Source: Alphaproteobacteria bacterium
GTDB taxonomy: Bacteria > Pseudomonadota > Alphaproteobacteria > Micavibrionales > Micavibrionaceae
Direction: 5' to 3'
DNA: 64,000 nt
NCBI GenBank assembly: GCA_002401695.1
Contig: NVTV01000001.1
Location: forward strand, 615,604 to 679,603
How positions within the stretch are numbered: position 1 is the stretch's first letter; the number at the start of each line of letters is the position of its first letter. The translations under genes were made by a program, and so were the position numbers. Of this stretch, positions 45,974 through 57,041 are shown one piece after another. The notes under the pieces were generated by a model, which made no database searches, was not told the origin of the DNA, and was given only the letters and a program-made list of their open reading frames with translations.

Positions 45974-47374
45974 ATGGTGCGTACAATTTTCCCATTAATT
46001 ATAGGTGATGTAATAGGGTTCATACTCGCCTTTATATTGTCTTATTTGACGTTCATACTCTATACAGGAGTAGATTTACCGCTATCCAAACAGATTATAC
46101 CTCTAGAACTTTTGGCCTTTTATGTTGTGCAAGCAATAGCAGGCGTTTTGTATTTTTTACAAAAGGGCCATTATAAATTATCCACTCCATGGTGGCAGCA
46201 AGTTAAGAATATATCTCTTTTTTGCATTTTTTCACTTTTGTTGCTTTGCTTTTTATTCTTTGTTGTTAAAGCAGACCCTAGCCGCTTTTTTATTGTTTTA
46301 TCTTTGATCAGCCTTATCCCATTGTTAATGATGGCAAGGCAATTAACCCGTCAAATCATGGTTAAAAGAAATCAGTGGTCTATACCAACAATAATTATTG
46401 GTGGCTTCGAGAATGCAACAGAAACTATTTATGCCCTCAAATCAGAAGGTTATGTTAATTACGATATAAAGGAAATTATTCTACCAAAGGCCACACTCGC
46501 GCAAATGAAAAAATTTCAGGATATTCACGTAGAGTATGAGGTAAAGAAAGACATACCAGAATTTAATGATAGTGATATTATTATTATTTGCCCTGATACG
46601 CGTCGGGAATTAGAGCTGGCTGAACTTACAGGAAAAATTACTGCCGCAGGGGCGGACTTTGCCATGGTCCCTCCGATTGAAGGGTTTTCTTACTATGGTC
46701 TACAACCAAATTATTTCTTTGGGTATAATATTATACTCCTGAGGAACCCAAACAAGCTTAAGCGGCTCAACCAATTGCTGAAAAATATAATTGATCGCGC
46801 TGGAGCAGTATTTGGACTTTTGGCTCTTTCTCCAATTTTTCTTTTTGTCTCTTATAAAGTTAAACAGGATGGGGGGCCAGTATTTTTTGGCCACACCCGC
46901 ATAGGAAAAGACGGTAAATCATTCAAATGTTGGAAATTTAGAAGTATGGTGACCAATTCCAAGGAAGTCCTTGATGATATATTAGCAAATGATCCAGCGG
47001 CGAGAGATGAATGGGATAGAGATTTCAAACTGAAAAATGATCCGCGTATAACAAAGATTGGCACTCTAATTCGCAAAACAAGTATAGACGAGATACCACA
47101 GCTATTTAATGTTTTGATGGGGGAAATGAGCCTCGTTGGCCCGCGCCCCATTGTCAAAGATGAAGTGAAATATTACGGTAGTATGATAAAAGACTATTAC
47201 TCCGTTAATCCTGGTATTACAGGCCTATGGCAGGTTAGTGGGCGTAATGATATAACATATGATCAGCGCGTCTATTTAGATAGTTGGTATGTAAGGCATT
47301 GGTCAATATGGACGGATATAGTTATTATAATAAAAACTGTTTTTGTTGTTAGTAAAACTACTGGCGCCTATTGA
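45974..47374 (+). CDS. undecaprenyl-phosphate hexose-1-phosphate transferase (WbaP/ExoY-type initiating sugar transferase)
   Basis: N-terminal TM helices and the conserved C-terminal bacterial sugar-transferase domain (KFRSM...DPR.T..G...R..S.DE.PQL.NVL.G.MSLVGPRP). Confidence 0.88.
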   Translation: MVRTIFPLIIGDVIGFILAFILSYLTFILYTGVDLPLSKQIIPLELLAFYVVQAIAGVLYFLQKGHYKLSTPWWQQVKNISLFCIFSLLLLCFLFFVVKADPSRFFIVLSLISLIPLLMMARQLTRQIMVKRNQWSIPTIIIGGFENATETIYALKSEGYVNYDIKEIILPKATLAQMKKFQDIHVEYEVKKDIPEFNDSDIIIICPDTRRELELAELTGKITAAGADFAMVPPIEGFSYYGLQPNYFFGYNIILLRNPNKLKRLNQLLKNIIDRAGAVFGLLALSPIFLFVSYKVKQDGGPVFFGHTRIGKDGKSFKCWKFRSMVTNSKEVLDDILANDPAARDEWDRDFKLKNDPRITKIGTLIRKTSIDEIPQLFNVLMGEMSLVGPRPIVKDEVKYYGSMIKDYYSVNPGITGLWQVSGRNDITYDQRVYLDSWYVRHWSIWTDIVIIIKTVFVVSKTTGAY

Positions 47375-47578
47375 TTGATGAGCAATAATCATAATAATAG
47401 CATTAGATGTGACTATTATAGGGAGTATTTTAATATGGGTTATTTTTTATTTTTTGGCACTGTTTGGATAGTCTGCTCTGCCCTTGTTCTCTGTTTTATG
47501 GCAGGAGCAAAGAAAGTGAGCAATAGGCCTTCAATTTATAGTTCAGGTAGTGCATTAGAAGCAGATGAAACTGCCTAA
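47375..47578 (+). CDS. small hypothetical membrane protein
   Basis: Has one hydrophobic helix (FLFFGTVWIVCSALVLCFMAG) and fills the gap between two EPS genes. The start is uncertain. Confidence 0.3.
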   Translation: MMSNNHNNSIRCDYYREYFNMGYFLFFGTVWIVCSALVLCFMAGAKKVSNRPSIYSSGSALEADETA

Positions 47579-47643
47579 AATAATGCTACCATAAACTTAT
47601 TTCAGTATTTGATCATTAGCTTTGTAATCGAGTTTCTCCTGTC

Positions 47644-48588
47644 ATGTATGATAAAGTTGGTAAGTTTATTGCTCTAAAAATTCTTTTGGGATTAATTTTT
47701 CTAATCTTTATTCTGCCTGCTAGAGCAGAAAATATTATTTTAGAAGATAATTTTTCTGGCGTTCTGCTCACTATGCCTGATGGCGCAGAGAAACTATATC
47801 CTGACCCATCAAAATGGGCTTTTACTTTTTTGCCCGGTATAAAATGGCCGGATAGTTACGGTGATGGGACAAATTGGCTTGAAGGTAATGATGAATGCCA
47901 GAGCTATATTACACCGTTTATTGATAAAATAAACGAAAAATCCCTGCGCTTAGATTTGCGTTACGACCCCTTTTTGATAAAAAAGGACGGCTTGCATATT
48001 AAGGCTGATATATTATCGGCGGAACAACAACATGCTTACCAAATTGGCGGGCATAGGCGTTTCGGATCGGGGATGATATTATCTCGCAAATCCTTTACCT
48101 ATGGGAAGATAAGGCTGGTTGCAAAACTTCCGAATGCTCTGGGATCATGGCCAGCGTTGTGGCTTTTACCTAAAAAATTTAGCTGGCCCCCAGAAATCGA
48201 TATTTTTGAAGCTATGGCATGGGGAAAGCATGCTCAGGAAATACATTCAGGTTATATTACACCAAATCAAAATAGCTATGGTGATTGGTTTGATATTAAG
48301 GTAAACCCTAGCGAAGATTTTCATGAATATGTTCTTGATTGGACGCCAGAGACGTTGACGGCTTACTTTGATAACAAAATTTTGTGGCAAAAACCAACGC
48401 CATCCTCTATGCATAACGAAATGTATATAATAATTAATTTGGCGGTTGGTGGTAAATGGGCATTTAACGAGCTTGATATTCTCCCCATAGACGGTAGAAG
48501 CCAAGAACGCCTAATAAAAGGAGCAAACCTTATCGAGGAACATTATCCAGCAGAAATGATTGTTAAGTCATTATCTGTAACTCGTTGA
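47644..48588 (+). CDS. glycoside hydrolase family 16 (ExoK-like endo-beta-glucanase), secreted
   Basis: Signal peptide and the GH16 catalytic motif E-I-D-I-F-E within WPPEIDIFEA. Confidence 0.8.
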   Translation: MYDKVGKFIALKILLGLIFLIFILPARAENIILEDNFSGVLLTMPDGAEKLYPDPSKWAFTFLPGIKWPDSYGDGTNWLEGNDECQSYITPFIDKINEKSLRLDLRYDPFLIKKDGLHIKADILSAEQQHAYQIGGHRRFGSGMILSRKSFTYGKIRLVAKLPNALGSWPALWLLPKKFSWPPEIDIFEAMAWGKHAQEIHSGYITPNQNSYGDWFDIKVNPSEDFHEYVLDWTPETLTAYFDNKILWQKPTPSSMHNEMYIIINLAVGGKWAFNELDILPIDGRSQERLIKGANLIEEHYPAEMIVKSLSVTR

Positions 48589-48600
48589 GTGTGAATTGAT

Positions 48601-49776
48601 ATGAATAAAGTAAAGTTAAACCTATCCCAAAGCGTGTATCTTGATTTTTTAAGAGCTATTTCTGCCATGGCCGTTCTCTTTGGGCATGCTGCTGGCATTT
48701 TTCTACCGGGTAGCCTTCTGAGTAAACTAAATATGCCCGGCATAGGCGTTTTTGTATTTTTTCTACTATCCGGATTTTTAATTAGCTATAGCGTATTTAG
48801 AAAATATGACAGTCCTGACTATAGCTTCAGAACCTTTTTTATAGATAGGTTCTGTCGTATTTATTGTGCCTTTTTACCTGCATTATTGCTGGTCTGGATT
48901 ATAGATATTCAAATTTTGTCCCTTCCCTTATTCTCTTCATTAGAGCGTATAAATGATTTCGACTGGATATCATCCCTTTCAGATAATTTGAATTTATATA
49001 CAGGGATTGGGAACATTCTAATGTTACAGGACTTTCCTTTATTTCAAGTCGCCAAAGTTGCTGGCGTATCCAATACGAGCCTGTTTATTGATACTTTTGG
49101 ATCAGCAGGGCCATTCTGGACTATTTCTATAGAATGGTGGATATATATGCTTTTTGGCATGGTTGTTATTTCCCATATTCGCGATAAAAAACAACTGACA
49201 TTGGCATCCTTAGCATTATTAGGGCTTGTCACAATTGAGCGACTATACCATTTCGTAGGTGGCCCCGATCAATGTCTTACTATGCTATGGGCTTTGGGTA
49301 TGATTGCGTGTCTATTCTTTCTAAATGCACATAGATGGATCTCATTGCCAGATAAAAAAATAAGGTTGTTATCATTAATGGTCTTCCTTTTTTCTCTTCT
49401 TTTAATGGCCGTTAGAATAGTGGCGCTTAAGATTGATGGTGAACTTAACATTTTAGAATTTCAGTTCGGCGTATACCTTGCAACCGCAATTTTCTCATTT
49501 CTATTTGTTCTTAGCGACACGATCACCCCCCCTAAACTCTTTACAAAAGTTATTAGATTTATCGCCGATTACAGCTATTCTCTTTATCTAAGTCATTTTA
49601 CGGTTATAACTTACCTCTATGTACGCTTTCCTGAGCGTGAGCATGATATTGTCTTTTTTGGAATGGCCATGATATTATCAAACATAGTCGCAGTGCTTCT
49701 GTGGTTTTTCTTTGAAAGACATCACCGTAAACTAAGTACATGGCTGAAAAATATAAATTTTTTGGATAAAACATGA
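48601..49776 (+). CDS. acyltransferase family 3 membrane O-acyltransferase
   Basis: YLDFLRAISAMAVLFGHA N-terminal motif and about 10 TM helices. Confidence 0.8.
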   Translation: MNKVKLNLSQSVYLDFLRAISAMAVLFGHAAGIFLPGSLLSKLNMPGIGVFVFFLLSGFLISYSVFRKYDSPDYSFRTFFIDRFCRIYCAFLPALLLVWIIDIQILSLPLFSSLERINDFDWISSLSDNLNLYTGIGNILMLQDFPLFQVAKVAGVSNTSLFIDTFGSAGPFWTISIEWWIYMLFGMVVISHIRDKKQLTLASLALLGLVTIERLYHFVGGPDQCLTMLWALGMIACLFFLNAHRWISLPDKKIRLLSLMVFLFSLLLMAVRIVALKIDGELNILEFQFGVYLATAIFSFLFVLSDTITPPKLFTKVIRFIADYSYSLYLSHFTVITYLYVRFPEREHDIVFFGMAMILSNIVAVLLWFFFERHHRKLSTWLKNINFLDKT

Positions 49777-50330
49777 TTAGAGATCTTCCGAAGACTAAAT
49801 TCAAATTATATAAGACCCTGAAACTAGATTTTAAGACAGATCGCTTTTGGGTTATAATTCGTGGATCTATATTAAGGCATAATAGTAGAGCAGTGTTGCT
49901 GTATAGATTATCATCTTATTTTCAACATAAAGGAAAAATAGGTGGGTTTTTTTCAATGTTCTTCTGGCAACTAAATATCATTATGCACAGTTGTGAAATA
50001 TCACCGACATCCGTAATAGGTGTTGGATTAACGCTTACTCACCCTATGGGGGTTGTTATTGGAGATGTTCACTTAGGCAATAATATCGTAATTTACCAAA
50101 ACGTTACGATAGGAAGTAGAAGATTTGGTTTGGAATTTTCAAGTTCTGAGCAATGCCCTACCATAGGTAATAATGTTATACTATATACTGGAGCTGTAAT
50201 AGTAGGGCCAGTACATATTGGAGACAACGCACGCATCGGCGCAAACACAGTTATTATAACTGATGTCCCAGAAAAAGCTGTGGTGACGTCTACTCTGCCT
50301 CATATAAAGCTAGCTGAAGCACATGGTTAA
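49773..50330 (+). CDS. hexapeptide-repeat (serine-acetyltransferase-like) O-acetyltransferase
   Basis: Left-handed beta-helix repeats (IGVGLTLTHPMGVVIGDVHLGNNIVIYQNVTIG...IGNNVILYTGAVIVGPVHIGDNARIGANTVI). ATGA overlap with the upstream gene. Confidence 0.75.
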   Translation: MIRDLPKTKFKLYKTLKLDFKTDRFWVIIRGSILRHNSRAVLLYRLSSYFQHKGKIGGFFSMFFWQLNIIMHSCEISPTSVIGVGLTLTHPMGVVIGDVHLGNNIVIYQNVTIGSRRFGLEFSSSEQCPTIGNNVILYTGAVIVGPVHIGDNARIGANTVIITDVPEKAVVTSTLPHIKLAEAHG

Positions 50331-50340
50331 GGAATAACAG

Positions 50341-51396
50341 ATGCTTGTCAGCATTATACTCAACAATTACAATTATGATGCTTATCTATCTCAGGCTATT
50401 GATAGCGCCTTGGGGCAAACGTATAATTCAGTTGAGGTTATCGTTGTAGATGATGGTTCTACTGATAATTCCAAGAACATCATTATGGGCTATGGCGATA
50501 AAATTCGTGCATTTTTCAAAGACAATGGGGGGCAAGTCTCTGCCATGAATATGGGCTGGGAAAAGGCAAATGGCGATATTATTATATTTTTAGATTCAGA
50601 TGATGTTCTTTCCCCAGATACGGCAAAACAATGTGTTAAGGCCTTTGAGGGCAGCGATTATGTTAGTGTCTACTATATGCTTAAGCGCGTCGATGGAGAT
50701 ATGAATCCTCTTGGAGGCGTTATACCTACATATGGTTATCAAGAGACGCCCGCTTTAGAGGATATAAAGCTCTGGGGGTATTATATCTGCCCGCCAACCA
50801 GTGGGCTCGCTTTTCGAAAAGATTTCCTCAAAAATATTATGCCAGCCCCAGACAGCCTTGATGAATATGGATACGACCTACCCGTTGACGGGTACGTATC
50901 TATGCTTGCTGGTATCACTGGAAAAACATTTTTTATACCTGAAATCTTGGGGTATTACCGCATTCATGGCAAGAATGTGAGTAATGCGGGCGACTCTTTT
51001 TCTAAGGAAAAATTAAGACGGCTTTTCATGGTTAATTATATTCGGGAAGAGTATGGAAGAGACTTTGCGAAACAAAGGGGCATTGAGCTTAAAAAAGATC
51101 GCTCTATTTATCACCCTACAGTTCTAAAATACCGTTTATTAGCATTCCGCTTATATCCAGATGGACACCCTATACCAGAAGATACACTTTTCAATTTACT
51201 GCGAAGAGGTCTACGCGGGGCTATTATATTCCCTTATTTATCAATTCGAAAGCGTCTAATTATTTTTGGTGGACTATTGCTTGTTTCTATTTTACCGAAA
51301 TTCGTACTTAAACCTTTTGTGCAGATTATTTCTGCCCAAGACAAAAAATCTGTATTGAGATCCATAATGAAGCTTAATAAAAAAGAGAAGGTATAA
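50341..51396 (+). CDS. family-2 glycosyltransferase
   Basis: VSIILNNYNY...VEVIVVDDGSTD...FLDSDD motifs. Confidence 0.85.
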   Translation: MLVSIILNNYNYDAYLSQAIDSALGQTYNSVEVIVVDDGSTDNSKNIIMGYGDKIRAFFKDNGGQVSAMNMGWEKANGDIIIFLDSDDVLSPDTAKQCVKAFEGSDYVSVYYMLKRVDGDMNPLGGVIPTYGYQETPALEDIKLWGYYICPPTSGLAFRKDFLKNIMPAPDSLDEYGYDLPVDGYVSMLAGITGKTFFIPEILGYYRIHGKNVSNAGDSFSKEKLRRLFMVNYIREEYGRDFAKQRGIELKKDRSIYHPTVLKYRLLAFRLYPDGHPIPEDTLFNLLRRGLRGAIIFPYLSIRKRLIIFGGLLLVSILPKFVLKPFVQIISAQDKKSVLRSIMKLNKKEKV

Positions 51397-51403
51397 CGCC
51401 CTT

Positions 51404-52651
51404 ATGGCTCCTAAACTTTTTAACGTTTCACTGCGCATGGGGTCTTTAGCCATAAAGATGCTTCTTATGCTCTATATGGGGCGTTACTTAGGCCTTTATG
51501 AGCTTGGAACATATGGTCTTATAGCCGCTTATGTCGCACTTTCAATTCCTTTATTTGGAATGCGTTTAGAATATACGATATCCCGAGAAATTGTAGGATT
51601 GCCGCCGTCAGAACTGGTTATAAAGCTTAGGGATGAGTTTCTTTTTTATATTTTCAATTATATGTTTCTTATTGTGGGGTGTTTGCTTTGGGTTTTACTC
51701 CTCTCTCCAGATCTTGGACTGAAGATTATATTTTTTACGGTTATTCTTTGCATATTAGAGGGGCTTTCCACCTTAGCATGCTCTAATTTCGTTGCGTTGG
51801 GCCGTCCTATTCTATCTAACTTTATTTTCTTTTTGCGCTCCTCAATATGGGTTATTCCCGCTATCGCTCTAGGTCTTTACGATCCTTCATTTAGAACAGT
51901 TGAAACCATCATTGTATTGTGGTTAAGCGGTGTAATTCTAAGCCTTTTAATGACCGCTTATGTATGGAGGGAATTACCGTGGAGGGAAACTCTTTCCATA
52001 CCATTTGACACAAGGCTCCTCTATTTAAATCTCAAAAAAATCTATCCCCTCTGGATTAGTGAGATAAGCATGGTCGCAGCAATCAATATTAATCGATTTG
52101 TTGTAGAGTATTATCTGGATCGTGAGTTTGTTGGTATTATCAGTTTTTATGGTGCCTTTACTGTTGCAATATCCTCCTTACTTGCGAGCGGTATTTTTGC
52201 TTTCGCTCTGCCAAAAATGATAACATTACAAAAAGAAAAAGCGTTTACAGAATTAATCGTTTTGACCAAAAGCATAACCGTTCATGCCATAATTTCAGCA
52301 ATCATGCTTTCCCTTGTTATAGGGATCGCAATTCCTATTCTCGGTGATTTCATGGAACGCCCAGAATTTAGGGAACATGCGTTGGTTTTATGGCTTATGC
52401 TTATTGCTACATGTTTAACTTTGTTAACGGCTAGCCTACAACACCTATCCTATGCCAGACATCAAGACTGGGCTATATGGGGTGGTAACTATATACTCTT
52501 GGTATTATCTGCAACACTGAATATTATGATGGTTCCTATCTTTGGATTTGTTGGTGTTGGGTATAGCGCAGTACTCTGTGCGATTATCCATGGAGTATGG
52601 CGGGTATATTCTGCCTTTACCTACCACCATAAAAGTAATAAACATCAGTGA
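51404..52651 (+). CDS. oligosaccharide flippase (Wzx / polysaccharide biosynthesis protein family)
   Basis: 415 aa with about 12 TM helices, positioned within the EPS cluster. Confidence 0.7.
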   Translation: MAPKLFNVSLRMGSLAIKMLLMLYMGRYLGLYELGTYGLIAAYVALSIPLFGMRLEYTISREIVGLPPSELVIKLRDEFLFYIFNYMFLIVGCLLWVLLLSPDLGLKIIFFTVILCILEGLSTLACSNFVALGRPILSNFIFFLRSSIWVIPAIALGLYDPSFRTVETIIVLWLSGVILSLLMTAYVWRELPWRETLSIPFDTRLLYLNLKKIYPLWISEISMVAAININRFVVEYYLDREFVGIISFYGAFTVAISSLLASGIFAFALPKMITLQKEKAFTELIVLTKSITVHAIISAIMLSLVIGIAIPILGDFMERPEFREHALVLWLMLIATCLTLLTASLQHLSYARHQDWAIWGGNYILLVLSATLNIMMVPIFGFVGVGYSAVLCAIIHGVWRVYSAFTYHHKSNKHQ

Positions 52652-52677
52652 AACAAAAATTAAAACGGTTAAAACAC

Positions 52678-53760
52678 ATGAACATTCACTATTGGAAATC
52701 AGATAACGGTAATTTTGGTGACGATCTTAACGGCTGGATATGGGAAGAAAACACTCAAAATAAGACTATCTGGAGAGACAACGATAACATTACTTTTGTT
52801 GGTGTTGGAACCGTTTTAGATAAGGCAATCCCAAAAGAAACTTTTAAAATTGTGTTAGGCTCGGGTGTTGGTTACGCCTTACCGCCTTCTGATATGAATG
52901 ATCCCAAACACTGGAAAATATTTGGAGTGAGAGGCCCACTTACAGCGAATCTTCTCAATCTTCAACCCAATCTATCTATGACAGACCCCGCTATTCTTGT
53001 TGCAAATATGGAGAAATTTAGAAGCACCAAGAAAGAAGGTACTATTTTTATCCCACATTGGAAATCAATCGGTTACGGACATTGGCCTTCTGTTTGCAAA
53101 GAACTTGGCATTGAATATGTAGATCCGCGCGGTGATGCCGAAGAAATAATAATGCGTATTGGCAACGCTTCTTTGGTTTTGGCAGAATCAATGCATAGCG
53201 CAATTATTGCCGATGCATTACGGACACCGTGGATAGCGATTGCCACATCACCAGAAATCGTGCCGTTCAAATGGGCTGATTGGTCACTTTCACTTGGAAT
53301 GCCCTATAAGCCTGTTTGCCTAGCCCCCAGCTCAGTTGGGGAATATATCAGAAATAGGATATCTCAGTTTAGCTATCATTGTGCCATTTTCCAACGAGGC
53401 TTATTTTCAATTAATTCCCCCATATGTCATCTTGAGTTTTCATCTCCTGAAGAGATCACAAATATTTATAAAAACAATATGCGCCGAGCCAATCAGAAAT
53501 GGAGAACGTCTATTACCAGTATTTTAGAGGCTATTATAAAACGCAGTCTTAGAAAAAAAGACATACACTCTGACGTCAAGATAAAGGGAAGATTATATAA
53601 ACAATCCGTTTCACAATTGAAGGAAGTCTTAGAGATGCCCTCAATGCTAAGTGATGAGACAAAGCACAGAGGAAAGCTTGAGCAAGTCGTGTTGGCCTTA
53701 AGGCAAATTGAGCATGACTATGAGAATGGCACGTTAATACCAAAGGAAACACGCACATGA
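52678..53760 (+). CDS. polysaccharide pyruvyl transferase (ExoV-like)
   Basis: N-terminus MNIHYWKSDNGNFGDDLN.W.W is typical of ExoV/WcaK-type pyruvyl transferases. ATG 52678 is preferred over GTG 52648. Confidence 0.72.
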   Translation: MNIHYWKSDNGNFGDDLNGWIWEENTQNKTIWRDNDNITFVGVGTVLDKAIPKETFKIVLGSGVGYALPPSDMNDPKHWKIFGVRGPLTANLLNLQPNLSMTDPAILVANMEKFRSTKKEGTIFIPHWKSIGYGHWPSVCKELGIEYVDPRGDAEEIIMRIGNASLVLAESMHSAIIADALRTPWIAIATSPEIVPFKWADWSLSLGMPYKPVCLAPSSVGEYIRNRISQFSYHCAIFQRGLFSINSPICHLEFSSPEEITNIYKNNMRRANQKWRTSITSILEAIIKRSLRKKDIHSDVKIKGRLYKQSVSQLKEVLEMPSMLSDETKHRGKLEQVVLALRQIEHDYENGTLIPKETRT

Positions 53761-54671
53761 TATCAATGGTCTTACCCACCAAGAACAGAGCGCATACACT
53801 GCGCCTTGTCGCGACGAGCTATTTTAGTCAAGAATGCGTGTCAGAAATAATATTTGTTAATGATGCAGGCGTTGATGACACCCGCAACATATTAGAAAAT
53901 ATTTCAAAAGACTTTCCTGACGTCACCTTAAAAATTCATGATAATCCCAAATGTGTTGGTGCATCCGAAGCACGCAATATTGGTGCATCACTGGCTAGCA
54001 ATGATTACATTTTATTTTGTGATGATGATGAGTATATGGAGCAAGGTTATGCAAAAACTTGTTTGAATAAATTAAAAAAATTAGACGCTGGCGCGGTTTC
54101 TGGAAGACGCGTTTATATGCGAGATAACGAAAGCTGCGATGAAGCACTTGAACGCTTCGGTCATGGAATGCGGCGCTCAAAGCCCATGAATTATATTATC
54201 TGCGAATTGGTTAATGGCGCGATTTACACGTCTGACCAGTCATTGCCTTTTACAAATGCTATCATTCTTACACGTAAAGATTTGCTTGAAAAATTCCCCT
54301 TTGACTCTTTTTATGCCCGTGGAAACGGTTACAGAGAAGAAACCGATTACCAAATGAACTTATTTGTAAATGGCTATGATATTTATGTAACCAATGACTG
54401 CCACACGATGCACTTGCCCTTATCTCAAGTTAAAACTGGCGGGCAGCGCGTGAAACGTTTCAAGCGTATTTATTGGTCAATCTATTACACACGTTATTTC
54501 TTTAATAAATATTACGATCGCTATGCAAAGCGCGTGGGTGTAAAGGTTCCTAAGCAGATTGCCTTATTTCTTTTTAGCTGTTTTGCCATCTATAAGGAGC
54601 TGTTGCGCCCAACATTATATAATATCGCTATGTCTGCCTTGAAATTTAAACGCTCAATTACAAAAGGATAG
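53757..54671 (+). CDS. family-2 glycosyltransferase
   Basis: ISMVLPTKNR...IIFVNDAGVDDT...LFCDDDE motifs. ATGA overlap with the upstream gene. Confidence 0.8.
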   Translation: MISMVLPTKNRAHTLRLVATSYFSQECVSEIIFVNDAGVDDTRNILENISKDFPDVTLKIHDNPKCVGASEARNIGASLASNDYILFCDDDEYMEQGYAKTCLNKLKKLDAGAVSGRRVYMRDNESCDEALERFGHGMRRSKPMNYIICELVNGAIYTSDQSLPFTNAIILTRKDLLEKFPFDSFYARGNGYREETDYQMNLFVNGYDIYVTNDCHTMHLPLSQVKTGGQRVKRFKRIYWSIYYTRYFFNKYYDRYAKRVGVKVPKQIALFLFSCFAIYKELLRPTLYNIAMSALKFKRSITKG

Positions 54672-54677
54672 GTCGCC

Positions 54678-55652
54678 GTGTATGATATTATAGCTGTAAT
54701 TCCCTGCCTGAATGAAGAAGCATATTTGGAGCCTTTGGTTAAGAAGCTTGCTTCAGATTGTAATGATCTTCCTATTCATATTGTTATTGCAGATGGTGGT
54801 AGCACGGATAGAACCCCTCACATAGCCAAAGAGCTTTCACAGGCGTATGAAAACGTATCCTACCTCCACAACCCTCGAAAAATACAAAGCGTGGCTATAA
54901 ACTTAGCCGTTGAGACATATGGACAAGAAGCCACATACCTTATTCGCCTTGATGCGCACGCAGAGTATCCTGATAATTTCTGCCAAACTCTGATAAATGA
55001 GCAACAGGAGATGAAAGCAGATTCTGTTGTGGTTTCTATGAATACAATTGGGAAATCCCCCTTTCAAGAAGCCGTCGCCGCCGCACAAAATTCAAAGATG
55101 GGAAATGGCGGCGCATCCCACCGCCTTAAAGAGACGAATGGTAAATGGGTTGATCACGGCCATCATGCGCTGATGTTAATAAAATCTTTTCGCGGCATTG
55201 GCGGGTATGATGAAAAATTTTCTCATAACGAGGATGCCGAACTGGATTTTCGTTTAACTAAAGAGGGGCTTAAAATATGGCTAACAGGCAAGGTGGATCT
55301 AACATATTTCCCTAGAGCCACTGCTAGCTCTCTTTTCCGACAATACCGTAACTTTGGTAGTGGAAGGGCAAAGATGATTTTAAAACATAATATACGCCCT
55401 AAAGTCAGGCAAATGCTCCCTGCCGCCGTTGCTCCTGCGGCAGTACTTGCGGTATTTTCACCGATTTTTGCGGCAGCATTTATTCCCCTTGGCGCATGGG
55501 CCTTTCTCTGCCTTGCTTATGGCGCACTCCTAGGATTTAAGTCTCATAAAATTTCTATTGCGGCATCAGGTATTGCGGCTATGATAATGCATATGGCATG
55601 GTCTATTGGTTTTTGGAGAGCCTTTTTACTTATCAAGACTATGAAAAGATAA
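54678..55652 (+). CDS. family-2 glycosyltransferase with C-terminal TM helices (ExoA-like)
   Basis: GTG start. IAVIPCLNEE...VIADGGSTD...RLDAH motifs plus two or three C-terminal TM helices. Confidence 0.78.
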   Translation: MYDIIAVIPCLNEEAYLEPLVKKLASDCNDLPIHIVIADGGSTDRTPHIAKELSQAYENVSYLHNPRKIQSVAINLAVETYGQEATYLIRLDAHAEYPDNFCQTLINEQQEMKADSVVVSMNTIGKSPFQEAVAAAQNSKMGNGGASHRLKETNGKWVDHGHHALMLIKSFRGIGGYDEKFSHNEDAELDFRLTKEGLKIWLTGKVDLTYFPRATASSLFRQYRNFGSGRAKMILKHNIRPKVRQMLPAAVAPAAVLAVFSPIFAAAFIPLGAWAFLCLAYGALLGFKSHKISIAASGIAAMIMHMAWSIGFWRAFLLIKTMKR

Positions 55653-55674
55653 TCAACAAAGAGGCCTCGTTTTT

Positions 55675-56949
55675 GTGACACATCAATGTTCCCCTATAAA
55701 TAAAGTAGAGACGGTAAAAATCAAATACGATTCTACCGCGGCGGGAATTTTGCTTACTATGATAATTGCGGCGACTTTCTTACAGAAAGTAGCCATACCT
55801 GTTGCGGACATTCAAATTTTTCTGGGGCTTCCCATTATTGTAGGATTAACGGCTTTTGGCTTTATAACCCGCCGCTTGGTGTTAAAAAGCAGGAATTTTA
55901 TATTATATCTATTTATGGTTGGCATTATTGTCTTAACTCAAATATTGGGTGGCCATATATTCTCTTTTGCCTCTATGTTTTTGCTGATTATTGTTCATTG
56001 CCCTTATGCTTTTGGCCTCAAAGCTAATTCCGCCATGCCGGGAATACAATTCTTATATTTTCAGAGGATTATGGTGATTATTGCTATTGCAGGAATATTG
56101 CAGTACGCGGCACAATTTATTATAGGCGGTGATATAGCCTTCTTTTTAGATACTATGTTCCCGCAGAGTATTATTATGCAGGGTTATAACGGAACCATTC
56201 CTTTGCAATATGGCTCCAGTTTTTATAAAAGTAACGGGGTTTTTCTACAAGAACCATCAAGCTTTTCCCAGCTTCTTGCTGTTGCTATCGTAGTAGAAGC
56301 AATATATTTCAAAAATTGGAAACGGGTTGTTTTGTTTCTGGCTGCCATCAGCCTCACTTTTTCAGGCACAGGCTTGATTATTCTTTTCGCCCTTATACCT
56401 ATATATCTTATTCACTACCGTAAATTTTTTATTCTTACATTCCTGCTTGTTGCCGTTCTGACAGCGCCTCTTTGGGGAACGTTTGTTGGATTGGGTGGGA
56501 CCATTAATCGAACAAGAGAATTCACAGATACGCGTTCAAGCGGTTATGCTCGATTTGTTTCAATCGTCCCAACCCTCAACACATATATTGTACCACAGAC
56601 CAATACATTTTTATTTGGCTTAGGATCTGGCTCAATCTTGAGAACGCTGACATCAAATGAATCTGATTATGAGTGGCACAACCCTAGCTGGGGGAAGATG
56701 ATATTTGAATATGGAATAATCGGGGGTTTGGCTTATTTTATTTTTATAGGATTTGTTTTTTGGAAAGGTTGTGGATCAGTATATATAAAAGCGGCTTTAC
56801 TAATTCAGCTTATGATTTTGGGGGAATTTGTTTTACCCCCTACCCTGCACAGCCTTATATTGCCCTTATTGATATGGCCGACTTCTTTTTCTTATGGCCG
56901 CGATTATAATGCCAGAGGTAAGGCTTTTTTATTAAAAATAAAACATTAG
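55675..56949 (+). CDS. O-antigen ligase/polymerase-like membrane protein (Wzy/ExoQ-like)
   Basis: Roughly 10-12 TM helices with a larger loop (INRTREFTDTRSSGYARF). It is the only polymerase candidate in the cluster. Confidence 0.6.
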   Translation: MTHQCSPINKVETVKIKYDSTAAGILLTMIIAATFLQKVAIPVADIQIFLGLPIIVGLTAFGFITRRLVLKSRNFILYLFMVGIIVLTQILGGHIFSFASMFLLIIVHCPYAFGLKANSAMPGIQFLYFQRIMVIIAIAGILQYAAQFIIGGDIAFFLDTMFPQSIIMQGYNGTIPLQYGSSFYKSNGVFLQEPSSFSQLLAVAIVVEAIYFKNWKRVVLFLAAISLTFSGTGLIILFALIPIYLIHYRKFFILTFLLVAVLTAPLWGTFVGLGGTINRTREFTDTRSSGYARFVSIVPTLNTYIVPQTNTFLFGLGSGSILRTLTSNESDYEWHNPSWGKMIFEYGIIGGLAYFIFIGFVFWKGCGSVYIKAALLIQLMILGEFVLPPTLHSLILPLLIWPTSFSYGRDYNARGKAFLLKIKH

Positions 56950-57041
56950 AATACAGGTGAAATGGGGTAATCTTTCTGGACATATCTTATTGTTTTAAAT
57001 ACCATCACCATTCGCTAAATTTATAATAAACAGGCAACAAT